A stretch of 63,455 nt of DNA, the filler included. It is 4 parts of 4 records of this genome, joined end to end, with 100 filler letters (N's around TTAATTAATTAA, not from the genome) between each part and the next. Parts side by side here need not be neighbours in the genome. Positions count along the whole stretch, not along the records: positions 31,226 to 48,780 come from SRR31156797_25116; 3 more parts are not named here. One strand, 5' to 3'. Position numbers and translations under genes: made by a program. Of the stretch, positions 37,544-48,708 are shown piece after piece (the stretch's first letter is position 1; each line of letters starts with the position of its first letter). The notes under the pieces are model-generated. The model did no database searches. It worked only from the letters and a program-made list of their open reading frames with translations, and was not told the origin of the DNA.

Positions 37544-38815
37544 TTACCCCTGAAGGCCGATTACTTCGCAGATAGCGGAAGTCAAAGCCTCAAGTTCAAG
37601 ATTTGAAATTACATAAGGCGGCATCACATAAACCAGTTTTCCGAAAGGACGGACCCAGACGCCGCGTTTTACAAATTCCCGCTGGATAAAATCCATATCC
37701 ACGGGCTCTTTCAGCTCAACAACCCCGATGGCTCCAAGGCAACGCACATCCGCCACCGCATTGGATTTAGCACAGGGAGCCAGCCCGGAACATAGCAGTT
37801 CGGTAATTTCCGCTACCCGTTGCTTCCAATTACTACTCAACAAAAGATCGATAGAAGCATTCGCCACAGCGCAGGCCAGCGGATTGCCCATAAAAGTCGG
37901 CCCATGCATAAACACCCCGCCTTTGGAAGAAATACCCTCGGCAACTTCCTTTGTGGCAAGGGTTGCGGCCAGAGTCATCATCCCACCGGTAATGGCCTTA
38001 CCCACACACATGATATCCGGGCTGATCCCGGCCATTTCACTGGCAAACATGGTCCCGGCACGCCCAAATCCGGTAGCGATTTCATCGCAGATGAGCAACA
38101 CGCTATTTTCATCGCAAGCCGCGCGAACCCGTTTCAAATATTCCGGGGAATAAAAACGCATGCCCCCGGCACCCTGCACCACAGGCTCAAGGATCACTGC
38201 CGCCAATTCATGGGCGTGTTTTTCAATCTTCGTCTTGAAATCCGCGAAATCATCATCCGTACATCCGGCATCGAATCCACACTGTGGGGCCTCGGCAAAA
38301 ACATGTTCCGGCAGCACCGAGGTAAACATCGAATGCATGCCGTTGACAGGATCACAAACCGACATACAACCGATGGTATCTCCATGGTAGCCGTTGCGGA
38401 TGGTCATCAACCTGTTTTTCTCAGGTTTGCCCATGGCATACCAGTATTGGATGGCCATCTTGATGGCCACTTCAACTGAAACCGAACCGGAATCAGCCAG
38501 AAACACCTGCTGCAACGGTTCCGGGGAAATCTCGACCAGCTTGCGGGCCAGTTCCACCGCAGGTTCATGCGTCAGCCCGCCGAACATCACGTGCGGCATA
38601 GTCTCAGCCTGACCACACAAGGCCTTAACCAGCACCGGATTATTATAGCCATGAATAGCACACCACCATGAAGCCATACCGTCGATTAACTCGGTATCAT
38701 CTTCAAGAATGATTTTAACGCCTTCGGTACGCTTGGCCTGAAAAACAGATAACGGATTAGTAGCAGAAGTATAGGGATGCCAAAGATGGTCTCGGTCAAA
38801 TTCGAGAATGGACAT
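37544..38815 (-). CDS. bioA: adenosylmethionine-8-amino-7-oxononanoate aminotransferase
   Basis: [42 protein letters not shown]. Confidence 0.96.
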   Translation of the reverse strand: MSILEFDRDHLWHPYTSATNPLSVFQAKRTEGVKIILEDDTELIDGMASWWCAIHGYNNPVLVKALCGQAETMPHVMFGGLTHEPAVELARKLVEISPEPLQQVFLADSGSVSVEVAIKMAIQYWYAMGKPEKNRLMTIRNGYHGDTIGCMSVCDPVNGMHSMFTSVLPEHVFAEAPQCGFDAGCTDDDFADFKTKIEKHAHELAAVILEPVVQGAGGMRFYSPEYLKRVRAACDENSVLLICDEIATGFGRAGTMFASEMAGISPDIMCVGKAITGGMMTLAATLATKEVAEGISSKGGVFMHGPTFMGNPLACAVANASIDLLLSSNWKQRVAEITELLCSGLAPCAKSNAVADVRCLGAIGVVELKEPVDMDFIQREFVKRGVWVRPFGKLVYVMPPYVISNLELEALTSAICEVIGLQG

Positions 38816-38830
38816 GATATGCCTCCGGCA

Positions 38831-39538
38831 TTAAGAATCGAGAGCTTTATCCACAAGCTCCCAACATTTGGGATCATTGTAATCCCAATTTTCAATATAT
38901 GGAATGGAAGCTATAACTTTAACTTCGGATATTTTTTCGATGAAGCGGATATTCTCTTCGGCCATACCGAACTCTTCGGGCGCAGGCCTGTTGGGAGAGG
39001 TCATGACCAGACCGGAAATTTCCAGACCGGACTGCTGCAGGGCAGCGATGGAAAGCAGTGCTTCATTGATGCAGCCCAACTTATTTTCGATAACCAGGAT
39101 CACCGGATAGCCAAGCTCTTTCATGAGATTGAGCATGGATGCATCTTCGCTCAGGGGAACCATTATACCCCCGGCACCTTCCACCAACAAAAAACCATCT
39201 TCCTCGCGTTCACGCACTTTAGCTGCGATTTCAACGGGATCAAGTTCCACCCCGGCAAGCCTTGCGGCCAGATGAGGAGATGTGGGCGGTTCGAAAATGT
39301 ACGGACATTGTCTATTGATATCCCAGACCGCCCCGGCTGCCCGGTAGACATCTCCGTCCGGGGAATCCAGAGAACCGTCAGGCAGAACAACAGCCCCGGA
39401 CTGAACGGGCTTGACCGGAACTATATTCCGCCCGGACTTCATGAAGAAACGGGCAAGCCCTGCGGTAACCACAGTCTTGCCTACATCCGTACCTGTTCCG
39501 GTAATAAAAAATCCGGCAGACAATTTATTCAACCTCAC
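38831..39538 (-). CDS. bioD: dethiobiotin synthase
   Basis: TGTGTDVGKT, KPVQSG, SPHLAA, VEGAGG, LGCIN. Confidence 0.95.
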   Translation of the reverse strand: MRLNKLSAGFFITGTGTDVGKTVVTAGLARFFMKSGRNIVPVKPVQSGAVVLPDGSLDSPDGDVYRAAGAVWDINRQCPYIFEPPTSPHLAARLAGVELDPVEIAAKVREREEDGFLLVEGAGGIMVPLSEDASMLNLMKELGYPVILVIENKLGCINEALLSIAALQQSGLEISGLVMTSPNRPAPEEFGMAEENIRFIEKISEVKVIASIPYIENWDYNDPKCWELVDKALDS

Positions 39539-39881
39539 TGGATTCGATTACTTCCAGCGGATCGCGATCACTTGTTTCGGCAAAGAAAAGTTCCTTGTCG
39601 TAAGGACCGAAATGGCCTTCATCGCCAACGAGGGTAAAAAATTCAATGCGAGAATAACGACGGCAACGTTCCTCGCTAACCTTGTAACTGACGTAATAGT
39701 TAAATTTATCCATTGAATGAGTGGACTGTCCCAGATCGATTACCCGGTCTGCAAATTCGCACCACGCATGGGCCACCCACTTATCGTCCTTGAAAATCCA
39801 GCCGTGAACAACTTCGACTTCACTATTCTCACTGGCAGGTTCGAGGCAATATTCGTATGCGGAAGGTTGGTTTCTACTCAT
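39525..39881 (-). CDS. hypothetical protein with VVHG...HAWCE motif
   Basis: Overlaps both the upstream hydantoinase-like stop and the bioD start. Confidence 0.7.
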   Translation of the reverse strand: MSRNQPSAYEYCLEPASENSEVEVVHGWIFKDDKWVAHAWCEFADRVIDLGQSTHSMDKFNYYVSYKVSEERCRRYSRIEFFTLVGDEGHFGPYDKELFFAETSDRDPLEVIESSEVE

Positions 39882-41535
39882 TACAGCTATCCTTTTTCTT
39901 GATATCAAGAGCCATTTTTATGGCGCCCAGTGCGTTACCTACTTCGTGATGAGAGGGGAAAACAGCTTCGGTGTGCAATTTTTCAGCAACTTCCGGCAGC
40001 AACTTCTGCGCGGCAGCACCGATACCCACGATGGGCAGATTTAATGAAGCGTCAAAGCTGACCAGCGAACTCGCCGCACGCCCGGAAATAAATCCGGCCA
40101 TGTTGCCCCCGATTTCCTTGCGCACAATGTGTTCGAGCATGGCATTTTCAATCTTGACCCTTGTTTCAGAAAGAACCATTTCCGCAAAGCCTGCTCCGTT
40201 AAGATCAAATTCCTTGCCCAGAATGACTGCAGCAGCTTCGGAAACAGATTTGTCACCGATGTTCAGCTGCCCCTGCACGTGCAGAGCGTCAGTGGGAGTG
40301 AAGCCAACTTCTTCTACCAACTGTTCGCGGACAAGCTTCTGAACCTTGCTACCAAGACCGATCTCGCCAAGTCCGGTCCCACCCATGATCTGCCCGAAAG
40401 TTGATGGGCCGTTTTCAAAAAGATATTTCAGCACTGCATCATCGTAACTTTTGTCCGCAGACGGGCCTACTTTGAGCAGATGAGATTCATGCCCTTTGCC
40501 TATCCATTTTTCAGGAGCGGGAATATCTCCGGCCATGCACAGGGGAACAACCCTGCCCGGACCGACTTCAAAATTACCGGACCTGTTAATGCGTGCAAAG
40601 CTGTCTCCGCCTACCCCCACGGTGAACATCTCTACTGCTTCAACATGGGTTTCCCAATCACCGATAACTGAACCACTTTCCTGAATAGTTGGTTGAGAAT
40701 TACGGATCAGGGTAACGTCGGTTGTGGTACCACCCACGTCAACAATAAGCGCATCTTTTTCCGGGGAATAAATGGAGCCGTAATATGCAGTTGATGCCGG
40801 ACCGCTGGCAAAAGTTTCAGCCGCTCGCTGCACAGCATCTTTCATGCTCATGGGAGTGGCATTACCACGGACGACAACTACGGAAGAACCGAGGCCACGT
40901 TCATCAAGGGCCTTGCCGACCCCGGCAAGAAATTCTTTCATTACCGGCATGAGACGGGCATTAAGCACCGCAGTTGCGGCACGTTCAGCCTGTCCGGCAC
41001 GGGTGCTGATGGTATGGGAGCAAAAAACGGGTTGGGAATCGGTAAGTGATATAGCTTTTTCAGCAATGAGCTCGTGAGCGGGGTTCTTGATACTCATAGC
41101 TGAGCATACTGCATAAGCGTCAACGTGTCCGGCCATATCCTGAATACCGTCTACAAGAGATTCAATATCCAACGGATCTTCTTCCACTCCGGTAATCTTG
41201 TGCCCACCCTTGACGTAACGGAGGGTAACGACAGGCAGCTTAAGCGCTTTAGTCGTGCCGATCATGAACAAACCGACCCGTGCTCCCTTGTTCTCGACAA
41301 TAGCATTGGTTGCCAGAGTGGTAGAAACAGAGACAAGCTTGACCTCATCCGGGCTGATCCCGCTTTCCATCATGGCTTTATCCAAAGAGGAAGCCAGACC
41401 AAGGCTCAAGTCATGATGAGTGGTAGGCGATTTGGCAGTAGCCACCACGCTTGAGTCTTCGCATTTTACAACAACAGTGTCAGTGTAAGTTCCGCCTGTA
41501 TCAATACCGATTGCATAACCGCTCTCAAAACTCAT
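39874..41535 (-). CDS. hydantoinase/oxoprolinase-family (ASKHA) protein
   Basis: GIDTGGTYTD, STTLATN, ERAATAVLNA, SGPAS, DVGGTTTD, VGNALGA. Confidence 0.9.
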   Translation of the reverse strand: MSFESGYAIGIDTGGTYTDTVVVKCEDSSVVATAKSPTTHHDLSLGLASSLDKAMMESGISPDEVKLVSVSTTLATNAIVENKGARVGLFMIGTTKALKLPVVTLRYVKGGHKITGVEEDPLDIESLVDGIQDMAGHVDAYAVCSAMSIKNPAHELIAEKAISLTDSQPVFCSHTISTRAGQAERAATAVLNARLMPVMKEFLAGVGKALDERGLGSSVVVVRGNATPMSMKDAVQRAAETFASGPASTAYYGSIYSPEKDALIVDVGGTTTDVTLIRNSQPTIQESGSVIGDWETHVEAVEMFTVGVGGDSFARINRSGNFEVGPGRVVPLCMAGDIPAPEKWIGKGHESHLLKVGPSADKSYDDAVLKYLFENGPSTFGQIMGGTGLGEIGLGSKVQKLVREQLVEEVGFTPTDALHVQGQLNIGDKSVSEAAAVILGKEFDLNGAGFAEMVLSETRVKIENAMLEHIVRKEIGGNMAGFISGRAASSLVSFDASLNLPIVGIGAAAQKLLPEVAEKLHTEAVFPSHHEVGNALGAIKMALDIKKKDSCNE

Positions 41536-41640
41536 TACACATATATCCTTCGCCCGCAGGAGGCATTTTTGTTCATATCTGACCGCACCATAGCAGGCCT
41601 GACCAGTACAAATAATGCCGCTTTTGCCGATTGGCAAGGG

Positions 41641-42453
41641 CTAGGATATAATTACTCCGGCATATGCGACTACTCTTTCATAGTCTCCAGTTGCCTGCCC
41701 TGAATTTGTGTACTGCACAAGCTTGCCGGATGTCGCGCCCAGCTTCTTGACAGCAAACATCCCCATGGTCATGGGCAGGACCCCGCACATGCTGATCTGA
41801 TTGGAAGAAACAATGGAATAAAAATCGGAAGGGTCCATACGGATAATCGCTTCAAGGGCTATAGAATCAAGCTTCTTGGCCTGATCCGCAGAAATAAAAT
41901 GACTCATGTCGGAACTTACAACGATTGAAACCGGCTCCGGGTAGCTCTCTATAATTTCCGCAATGACTTCACCTGCCTTGCGTAAATTTGAAGGAGAAGC
42001 TTCGGAAACGCAGACCGGAACAATCTTTATGTCCGGATTAAGATAATGCAAAAAAGGAACAATAACTTCAAGGGAGTGCTCTCGCGAATGGGCTTTTTCA
42101 TTTGAAACAAAACCGGCTCCACTTTCAATAAGCTTTGCGGCCAGTTCCTCATCTACGTCCAACTTACCGCCGGGGAATTCCCAGCTCCCTTTATCCCATA
42201 CAGATAAGGGTGACCCCAGCCCGGTATGGTTGGGACCGAGCAGAAATACAGTATCAGCCAGCTTACTCTGGGCAAGTGTTTTGCCGCAGGGTTCGCCGGA
42301 AAACATATATCCGGCATGAGGCACCATGACTAGACGATCAAACGGACGGTCTCCATCCACATTCGGGGTTCCCGAATACATCTCAAGTTCCTTGCGAAGC
42401 TGATCAGGACTCTCCGGGTAAAAACGTCCGGCTACAACGGGCTGTCTGTTCAT
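41641..42453 (-). CDS. amrB: AmmeMemoRadiSam system protein B (MEMO1 family)
   Basis: R.P.VAG.FYP, PHAGY..SG, GPNHTG, EHSLEV, SSDMSH, SMCG, VAYAG. Confidence 0.93.
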   Translation of the reverse strand: MNRQPVVAGRFYPESPDQLRKELEMYSGTPNVDGDRPFDRLVMVPHAGYMFSGEPCGKTLAQSKLADTVFLLGPNHTGLGSPLSVWDKGSWEFPGGKLDVDEELAAKLIESGAGFVSNEKAHSREHSLEVIVPFLHYLNPDIKIVPVCVSEASPSNLRKAGEVIAEIIESYPEPVSIVVSSDMSHFISADQAKKLDSIALEAIIRMDPSDFYSIVSSNQISMCGVLPMTMGMFAVKKLGATSGKLVQYTNSGQATGDYERVVAYAGVIIS

Positions 42454-42474
42454 ATTTACCTGCCTTAAAAATTA

Positions 42475-45400
42475 TTAAAATACCGGGTCCGGCTGAAACT
42501 TGGAAGCATCCTGCTCAATCTCATGGGTCGCCAGCGCGGAAGTTGCCAGACGTCCGTAGAGATCACCCGGCTTTTGCTTTGCCACTTCTTCCATCAACTT
42601 CTTCCACTCGGAAATAGCCCCCGCCTTTTCGTAAAGCTGAGCCAGACGAAAACGTGATGAGGCCCATTCCGAGTCAGAGAGCGGAATATATTTATCGTAT
42701 TCCGCAGCCCATTTGAGTGCTTCCCGGTAGCGCCCGGAACTTTCCGCTGCAAAAATTGTCATCAGGATGCAATCCTTGATCTTTTCACGGTCTCCACCGG
42801 TTTCAAGAAGCATGGAAAGGGCTTCCTGCGCGTAAACAAAAACCTTTTTCAGTTCCTTCTTCTTCATGGAAGATTTGGCCATGTAGTACATGGCATAAGC
42901 ACGAGAAGATTCGGGCAACAGCAGATTGGAAGCCAGTCCGGCCCAGAGAGGAGTACTGCGTTCCGTCTCCCCGAGATTCTCGTAGGCCATGGCTTGCGCG
43001 TATTCTATATGAACCTTCTGTTTTGGATCAAGTTTCCACTTATCCTTGGCGAGGTTGACCAGCTCGGTGACTTTACTCCAAGCCTGTTCGTCCACATAAA
43101 TACCAAGGGCCATATCAAGGGCCATGGCTGAATACTTAGGAATTTCCTCACCCTGCAAATAACGGTCAATTAATTCTAAGGCCTTTGCGTGGTAATCTTT
43201 TTTCCAGAAACTAAGAGCTACGCCAAGTCTGGTTTCATCATTTACATCTTTGCCTTCATTATTTTTCTTGGCGTACTTGCTCCAGTAATCGACCACCCGG
43301 CCATAATTTTCATCCTTGACCAATTGCGGCACGGCCTTATCAAAAACTCTGGTGCCAAGCTCACTGGCACGCTTACGCAATCCGCTGCGCGGATACTTAT
43401 CCAGAAAAGCCTGAACTGCGCCGAGGCAATCACCATACTTCTTATTCCAGTAGTACCACATACCAAGTTTAAGCTGAGCAAGCGGAGCAAGCGGGCTGTC
43501 CGGAAACTTCTCAATAATATGGGTATAGATTTTCTGCGGCCTGAGGTTGTAAGGACGATCAAAGACTTTATCCATCTGGCTCATGCTGGGATCGTCGTAA
43601 ATACCTTCTTCAGCAAGGCGCATCATGGAGACCAGCCCACCCTCTTTATCAGGAAAATCCTTAGCTGCTTTTTCGTAAATTTCCTTGGCTGCGGTTTTCT
43701 GCCCGGTTTTCAAATAGATATCACCGATACGGGCCAAAACAATATCCGCTTCCGGGGCTTCCGGGGCAAGGTTATAGTAGGCCCAGTAATTTTCCCTAGC
43801 TTGATCGATTTTGCCCAGCCTGTTCTGGGTATTGGCTGACATGAACAGGAAACGCAGGTCTTCAATGTAAAAACGGGGCCAGCGTTTATCAATATAGTCA
43901 ATAATCTGAAAGGCCTGCTCATCATAACCAAGGGCATCAAGAGCCTTGGCAAGACCAAGCGCGGCATCGCGGACAATCTTGCTGTCCGGATACATCTGGA
44001 CCAGATACTGGAACTGGTCCGCAGCCTTTTCATATTCCTTCATGCCAAGGTAATATTCACCCCAGTAGTAACTGACATAAGGGATGTTGGGATCGTTGGG
44101 ATACTGGGACTTAAGCAGATTAAAATAAGCCTTGGCCTCAGGCATGTTGCCCACTTTAAGGTTGAGCAAACCCAAATTGAGCAAAGCCATGGGAACATTC
44201 GGAGATTTCGTATCCGCGTTCATGGCTTCCATCCACGCACTGGCAATTTCACCGAAATTATCGGCCATAGCTGCGCGGTGCAGCTCGGTCTGAGCTTCGG
44301 CTTTTCCGTAAAGGGCACGTAAACGCATATCCTGCGGCAATTCTTTCATCAGTGAGACTTCAGTAAAACCGGCAATTGCGGCTTCAATCTCCCCCTCATC
44401 CAAAGCGCCTTCCGCAGCAAGAAGAACTCCCTTGGCAATCTTAATCCGGTCCTCAGGACTCATCTCCTTCTCGCCTTCAGCTCCTTCTCCCTCTTCTCCA
44501 TCATCAAACTGCTCGGAATCCTCCACAGGGTAGGCATCAGAATCAGAGACATCCTGTTCGCCCTCAACAGCTTCATCACGGACATCTGTGCTGTTGTCTG
44601 TCTCAGGTATTTCTTCCACGGTCCCCTCATCTTCAAGAGATGGGTAATCAGTGGCCTCAAAAGAATCTTCATCTTGCGGGGTAGGTGCCACCTGACCGGA
44701 GACTGCAGACTTGGGCGGAGTAATTTTACCTGACACCTGACCAGACACACTGCCGGTAGCCTGCCCTCCGTTCTGAGAAGGAGGCGGGGCAATCCTACCG
44801 GAAACACTACCGGACGCACTGCCTGCGGATTGCTGCGCCGAGCTGACCGAACCTGACGCACCTTGGCCTTCGGGAAATTCTTCTTCGTGCGCTACTTCAT
44901 TAACTGCTGTACCCTCATCAACAACTTCGCCCATTGCGTCATCCATCGACTCATCTGCAGGAGGGGGGGCAATGGCTCCACCAGCAGAGCCACCGGAACT
45001 AGCCGGTTCTATGCTACCGACAACCTGCCCATCCGCTTCCTCGCTATCAGCAACACGGCGGGATACCCCCCCGGCCCGTGCCGGAGGAATGGAAGTATCA
45101 ACAGGCCTAGCCTGTCCCGGACCAACTTTGGCTACGGGAGCACGATAGGTGTAGGGAACTGAATAAAATGGACGCTTAACAGGCTGCGGAGGAACCTGCT
45201 GTTCAGGAGTATCTTCTGCCGCCTGCTCCAACTCCTGTTTGAGTTGCGGCGACTCTTCGTCATCAGGTAAATCGACCTCGTCAATTACAGGAGGCTGGGG
45301 AGGCTTTGCCGCAGCTTTTTTGGCAGCAGCCCTGCGGACAGCTTCAGCCTTTGCCTTCTTATCAGCTGCACGTTTTGCAGCAGCTTTTTTTCGAGCAGCA

Positions 45401-45861
45401 GCTCTCTTTTGAGCCGCCTTTTTACGATCAGCCTCACGACGTGCTTTTTCTTCGGGGGAACGCCACTTTGAACCAATGGGATCACGAAAGAACTGAATCA
45501 GCATCTGGCCATTACCCGCCGGCATGCGGATAAAGCCAAAAGCACTGGTCCGGGTTCCGATAGTGATGGAACTCGGTCCCATTTTCAAAGATTTTACAAT
45601 ACGCAAAGAAGAAAGCGGTGCCGGAACCGGAGCTTTCTCGCCTTTAAGGCTATTTTTAGGGAAGGTAATGGTAATCTGCTGCCGCCCGGTACGGGCAACT
45701 TTTCCAGAAAGATTTTTCTGGTCAAAAACCAGACGTATAGAATCCATGTCAGCCTTGGTATCAATAAAATACTCCAAGGCATGACCCGGATTAGGGCAGG
45801 CAAGCCAAAAAAAGGCCGCCATAAAAAGGATCCGGACAGCTCCGGTAAGTCGGCTAAGCAT
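42475..45861 (-). CDS. large exported TPR protein with low-complexity linker
   Basis: Signal peptide, K/A-rich segment, acidic and G/S-rich segments, many TPRs. Confidence 0.85.
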   Translation of the reverse strand: MLSRLTGAVRILFMAAFFWLACPNPGHALEYFIDTKADMDSIRLVFDQKNLSGKVARTGRQQITITFPKNSLKGEKAPVPAPLSSLRIVKSLKMGPSSITIGTRTSAFGFIRMPAGNGQMLIQFFRDPIGSKWRSPEEKARREADRKKAAQKRAAARKKAAAKRAADKKAKAEAVRRAAAKKAAAKPPQPPVIDEVDLPDDEESPQLKQELEQAAEDTPEQQVPPQPVKRPFYSVPYTYRAPVAKVGPGQARPVDTSIPPARAGGVSRRVADSEEADGQVVGSIEPASSGGSAGGAIAPPPADESMDDAMGEVVDEGTAVNEVAHEEEFPEGQGASGSVSSAQQSAGSASGSVSGRIAPPPSQNGGQATGSVSGQVSGKITPPKSAVSGQVAPTPQDEDSFEATDYPSLEDEGTVEEIPETDNSTDVRDEAVEGEQDVSDSDAYPVEDSEQFDDGEEGEGAEGEKEMSPEDRIKIAKGVLLAAEGALDEGEIEAAIAGFTEVSLMKELPQDMRLRALYGKAEAQTELHRAAMADNFGEIASAWMEAMNADTKSPNVPMALLNLGLLNLKVGNMPEAKAYFNLLKSQYPNDPNIPYVSYYWGEYYLGMKEYEKAADQFQYLVQMYPDSKIVRDAALGLAKALDALGYDEQAFQIIDYIDKRWPRFYIEDLRFLFMSANTQNRLGKIDQARENYWAYYNLAPEAPEADIVLARIGDIYLKTGQKTAAKEIYEKAAKDFPDKEGGLVSMMRLAEEGIYDDPSMSQMDKVFDRPYNLRPQKIYTHIIEKFPDSPLAPLAQLKLGMWYYWNKKYGDCLGAVQAFLDKYPRSGLRKRASELGTRVFDKAVPQLVKDENYGRVVDYWSKYAKKNNEGKDVNDETRLGVALSFWKKDYHAKALELIDRYLQGEEIPKYSAMALDMALGIYVDEQAWSKVTELVNLAKDKWKLDPKQKVHIEYAQAMAYENLGETERSTPLWAGLASNLLLPESSRAYAMYYMAKSSMKKKELKKVFVYAQEALSMLLETGGDREKIKDCILMTIFAAESSGRYREALKWAAEYDKYIPLSDSEWASSRFRLAQLYEKAGAISEWKKLMEEVAKQKPGDLYGRLATSALATHEIEQDASKFQPDPVF

Positions 45862-45927
45862 CACAATCAATTATCTTTGCAATATTCCTGCCTACCCCTC
45901 ACAAAATCCACACTTTTTTTAAATTAA

Positions 45928-46944
45928 CTAAACTTCCAGATTCCTCTTCTTAATCTTTTCAATGAGCGTAGTCCGCTTTACCCCGAGCAGTTCCGCGGCC
46001 TTGTTCTTAACGCCCCCGGCCTTTTCAAGGGCCTCAATCATGAGCCGGTCTTCGACCTTCTCCAGAAAATCTTTAAGCCCTTTGGCTCCCTGCTCTTCCA
46101 TATCCGTCAAGGTAGGCCAACTGAATCCAACAGGCTGCATAAGGTCAGCAACCTTTTGCTTGGGTTCCTTACCCACATCCTTCCAGATTTTTTCCGGAAG
46201 ATCATCGGGAACAATTTCATCCTCATCACAAAGGATGCACATGCGCTCCATGAAATTTTCAAGTTCACGGACATTACCGGGCCAAGTATAGGAAACCAGC
46301 ATATCAGCGGCATCGGCCTGGATTCGGAGCTGTTCCATATCCTTGTCTTCGCAAAAACGGCCAAGAAAATGTTTTGCCAGCAGAAGCACATCCCCGCCAC
46401 GTTCACGAAGCGGAGGCAGATGCATGGGAATAACATTAAGGCGGTAGAAAAGATCCTCACGAAATCTTCCTGCTGCAACCTCGGCTTCAAGATCGCGGTT
46501 AGTTGCAGCAACAATACGTACATCGACCTTTTTAATAGAAGTACCGCCGACTCGCTCGATCTCCTTTTCCTGCAGAACCCTCAGGATCTTAACCTGCAGA
46601 CTAAGGTCCATTTCACCGATTTCATCAAGAAAAATTGTTCCGCCGTCAGCCAGCTCAAATCGGCCCGGCCGGGAACGCACGGCATGGGTAAAAGCCCCTT
46701 TTTCGTGCCCAAAAAGTTCAGATTCCAGCAACTCCTTGGGGATAGCCCCGCAGTTTACCGGAACAAAAGGCTTCTCCTTTCGTTTACTGTTGTGGTGCAA
46801 GGCACGCACAAGCAGCTCCTTACCCGTGCCGGACTCCCCGGTGACCAGCACGGTACTGTCTGTGGGCGCTACCTTTGCGAGAATCGCAAAGACCTCCTTA
46901 AGCACAGGACTATTTCCAATTATTCCACTTAAATTAAGAGCCAT
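45928..46944 (-). CDS. sigma-54-dependent transcriptional activator without N-terminal sensor (FlrA/FleQ-like)
   Basis: [39 protein letters not shown], Fis HTH. Confidence 0.9.
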   Translation of the reverse strand: MALNLSGIIGNSPVLKEVFAILAKVAPTDSTVLVTGESGTGKELLVRALHHNSKRKEKPFVPVNCGAIPKELLESELFGHEKGAFTHAVRSRPGRFELADGGTIFLDEIGEMDLSLQVKILRVLQEKEIERVGGTSIKKVDVRIVAATNRDLEAEVAAGRFREDLFYRLNVIPMHLPPLRERGGDVLLLAKHFLGRFCEDKDMEQLRIQADAADMLVSYTWPGNVRELENFMERMCILCDEDEIVPDDLPEKIWKDVGKEPKQKVADLMQPVGFSWPTLTDMEEQGAKGLKDFLEKVEDRLMIEALEKAGGVKNKAAELLGVKRTTLIEKIKKRNLEV

Positions 46945-47147
46945 TCGGCCTCCCAAATTATTCTAGTCCGGGGAACTTTGTCGTTCTGTTCCGCCATGTA
47001 CGGATTACTCCATCATATAAAATGGCTAACCCTACACATTCACTGTCAATGAAATGACGCAAAGTCAATATGCAATTGAATTTTTCTTGCTAAAAATCAA
47101 ATAAAAAACAGTCGAATATCATAATTTCACACCCAGCGAATGGATAA

Positions 47148-48560
47148 TCACTCCATATCTTCCAACTCCCTACCCTTGGTCTCCCGAACCAGAAAGAGCA
47201 CAAAGAAAAATGATACAGCCGCAAAAAAAGCATAAATAGAATAAGTAATGCCCAATCCGGCCCAATTTACAAGTGAGGGAAAGGAAGCGGAAACAATAAA
47301 ATTAGCAACCCACTGAGCCCCGGCACCAAGAGCAAGTGCAGAAGCACGGATACGGTTATTAAACATCTCGCCGAGCAGCACCCAGACCACAGGCCCCCAC
47401 GAGAATCCGAAGCAGAAAACATAAAGATTGGCGGAATAAAGTGCGGTTGTGGCTGATGCTCCCTGCAAAACCGGATGTCCAGTCGCATCAAGGGGGGCAC
47501 TCCCGAACAGGTAAGCCAGAACACCGAGAGTAACCAGCATCCCGGCTGATCCAGCCAAAAGCAAAGGCTTGCGCCCCACCCTGTCAATCAGCATAATAGC
47601 AACCAGCGTGGTTACGATATTCACAACTCCGGTGATCACGGTAATCCACAGGGAATTTTCCTCAGAAAACCCCACACTGCGCCAGAGCATGGAACCGTAA
47701 TAAAAAATGACGTTGATCCCCACGAACTGCTGCAAAATTGAAAGCCCCAGCCCAATCCAAACTACAGGATGAAGCCCCCCTTCACATCTTAGGGCTGCAA
47801 ATGAAGTGGTACATTCTATCTTAAGACTCCCCTTGACTTCTTCAATCTTCTCAAGAGCTTTCTCGCCAAGAACTTTCGCAAGGATGCCCTCCGCTTCTTT
47901 CTCTCTTCTGGAAGCAATAAGGTAGCGCGGAGACTCCGGAATCATAAGAGCCGCAAATCCGTAGAGAAGAGCAGGCGGGACCTCAGCCCAGAACATCCAG
48001 CGCCATGTTTCAAAACCGAGCCAAAGCACATTATCCGCAGAACCTCCGGCAATACCCACCAACATATAGTTGCTGAGCATGGCCACGAAAATTCCGACCA
48101 CTATAGCCAACTGCTGCAGTGAACCGAAACTACCGCGCAGATTGGCCGGGGAAATTTCTGCGATGTAAGCCGGGGTAATGGCGCTGGCAAGGCCGATGCC
48201 CATACCGCCCAAAAAACGCCAGAAAATAAAATCCCAGACAGTGACCGGAAGTCCGGAGCCAACGCCGCTGATGGTGAACAAAAAAGCAGAAAGCAACATA
48301 GGCTTGATACGCCCATAGCGATCCGAAACCGGCCCGGACAGCAAAGCACCGATAGCAGAGCCGACCAGAGCGAGAGAAACAGACATCCCCACCAGCACCG
48401 GACCAACCTTAAAATGATCGCCGAGCGCAACCACCGCGCCATTGATGACCGCAGTATCAAAACCGAAAAGAAAGCCGCCGAGGGCTGCGGCAGCGGAAAT
48501 AAGAAGAACAAAAATTACGGATGCGGATTGTTTGGGATTAGGGGCGGGACTTGCAGACAT
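47148..48560 (-). CDS. sugar porter family MFS transporter (GlcP/XylE-like)
   Basis: GGFLFGFDTAVING, DRYGR, YIAEISP...RG, PESPRYL, QQFVGINVIFYY, ETKGRELE. Confidence 0.93.
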   Translation of the reverse strand: MSASPAPNPKQSASVIFVLLISAAAALGGFLFGFDTAVINGAVVALGDHFKVGPVLVGMSVSLALVGSAIGALLSGPVSDRYGRIKPMLLSAFLFTISGVGSGLPVTVWDFIFWRFLGGMGIGLASAITPAYIAEISPANLRGSFGSLQQLAIVVGIFVAMLSNYMLVGIAGGSADNVLWLGFETWRWMFWAEVPPALLYGFAALMIPESPRYLIASRREKEAEGILAKVLGEKALEKIEEVKGSLKIECTTSFAALRCEGGLHPVVWIGLGLSILQQFVGINVIFYYGSMLWRSVGFSEENSLWITVITGVVNIVTTLVAIMLIDRVGRKPLLLAGSAGMLVTLGVLAYLFGSAPLDATGHPVLQGASATTALYSANLYVFCFGFSWGPVVWVLLGEMFNNRIRASALALGAGAQWVANFIVSASFPSLVNWAGLGITYSIYAFFAAVSFFFVLFLVRETKGRELEDME

Positions 48561-48672
48561 ACTCACCTTCTTAAAGTTGGGTAAATTACAGCAGGGCAAC
48601 AGTAGCAAACAATACAACCTGTTACCATACTCTCCGTAGCAATGTCACCACGACTTCAAAGCAACCAAGGAA

Positions 48673-48708
48673 AAAGGGAGATACCGACCAAAGTCAGTAT
48701 CTCCCTTT
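48673..48708. terminator. bidirectional-type terminator hairpin
   Basis: AAAGGGAGATAC...GTATCTCCCTTT. Confidence 0.7.

Noticed and set aside
45300..45450. Repetitive GCAGC/TTTT sequence resembling a repeat array
   Set aside because: It encodes the K/A-rich linker of the TPR protein. There is no repeat-spacer structure, so it is not CRISPR.
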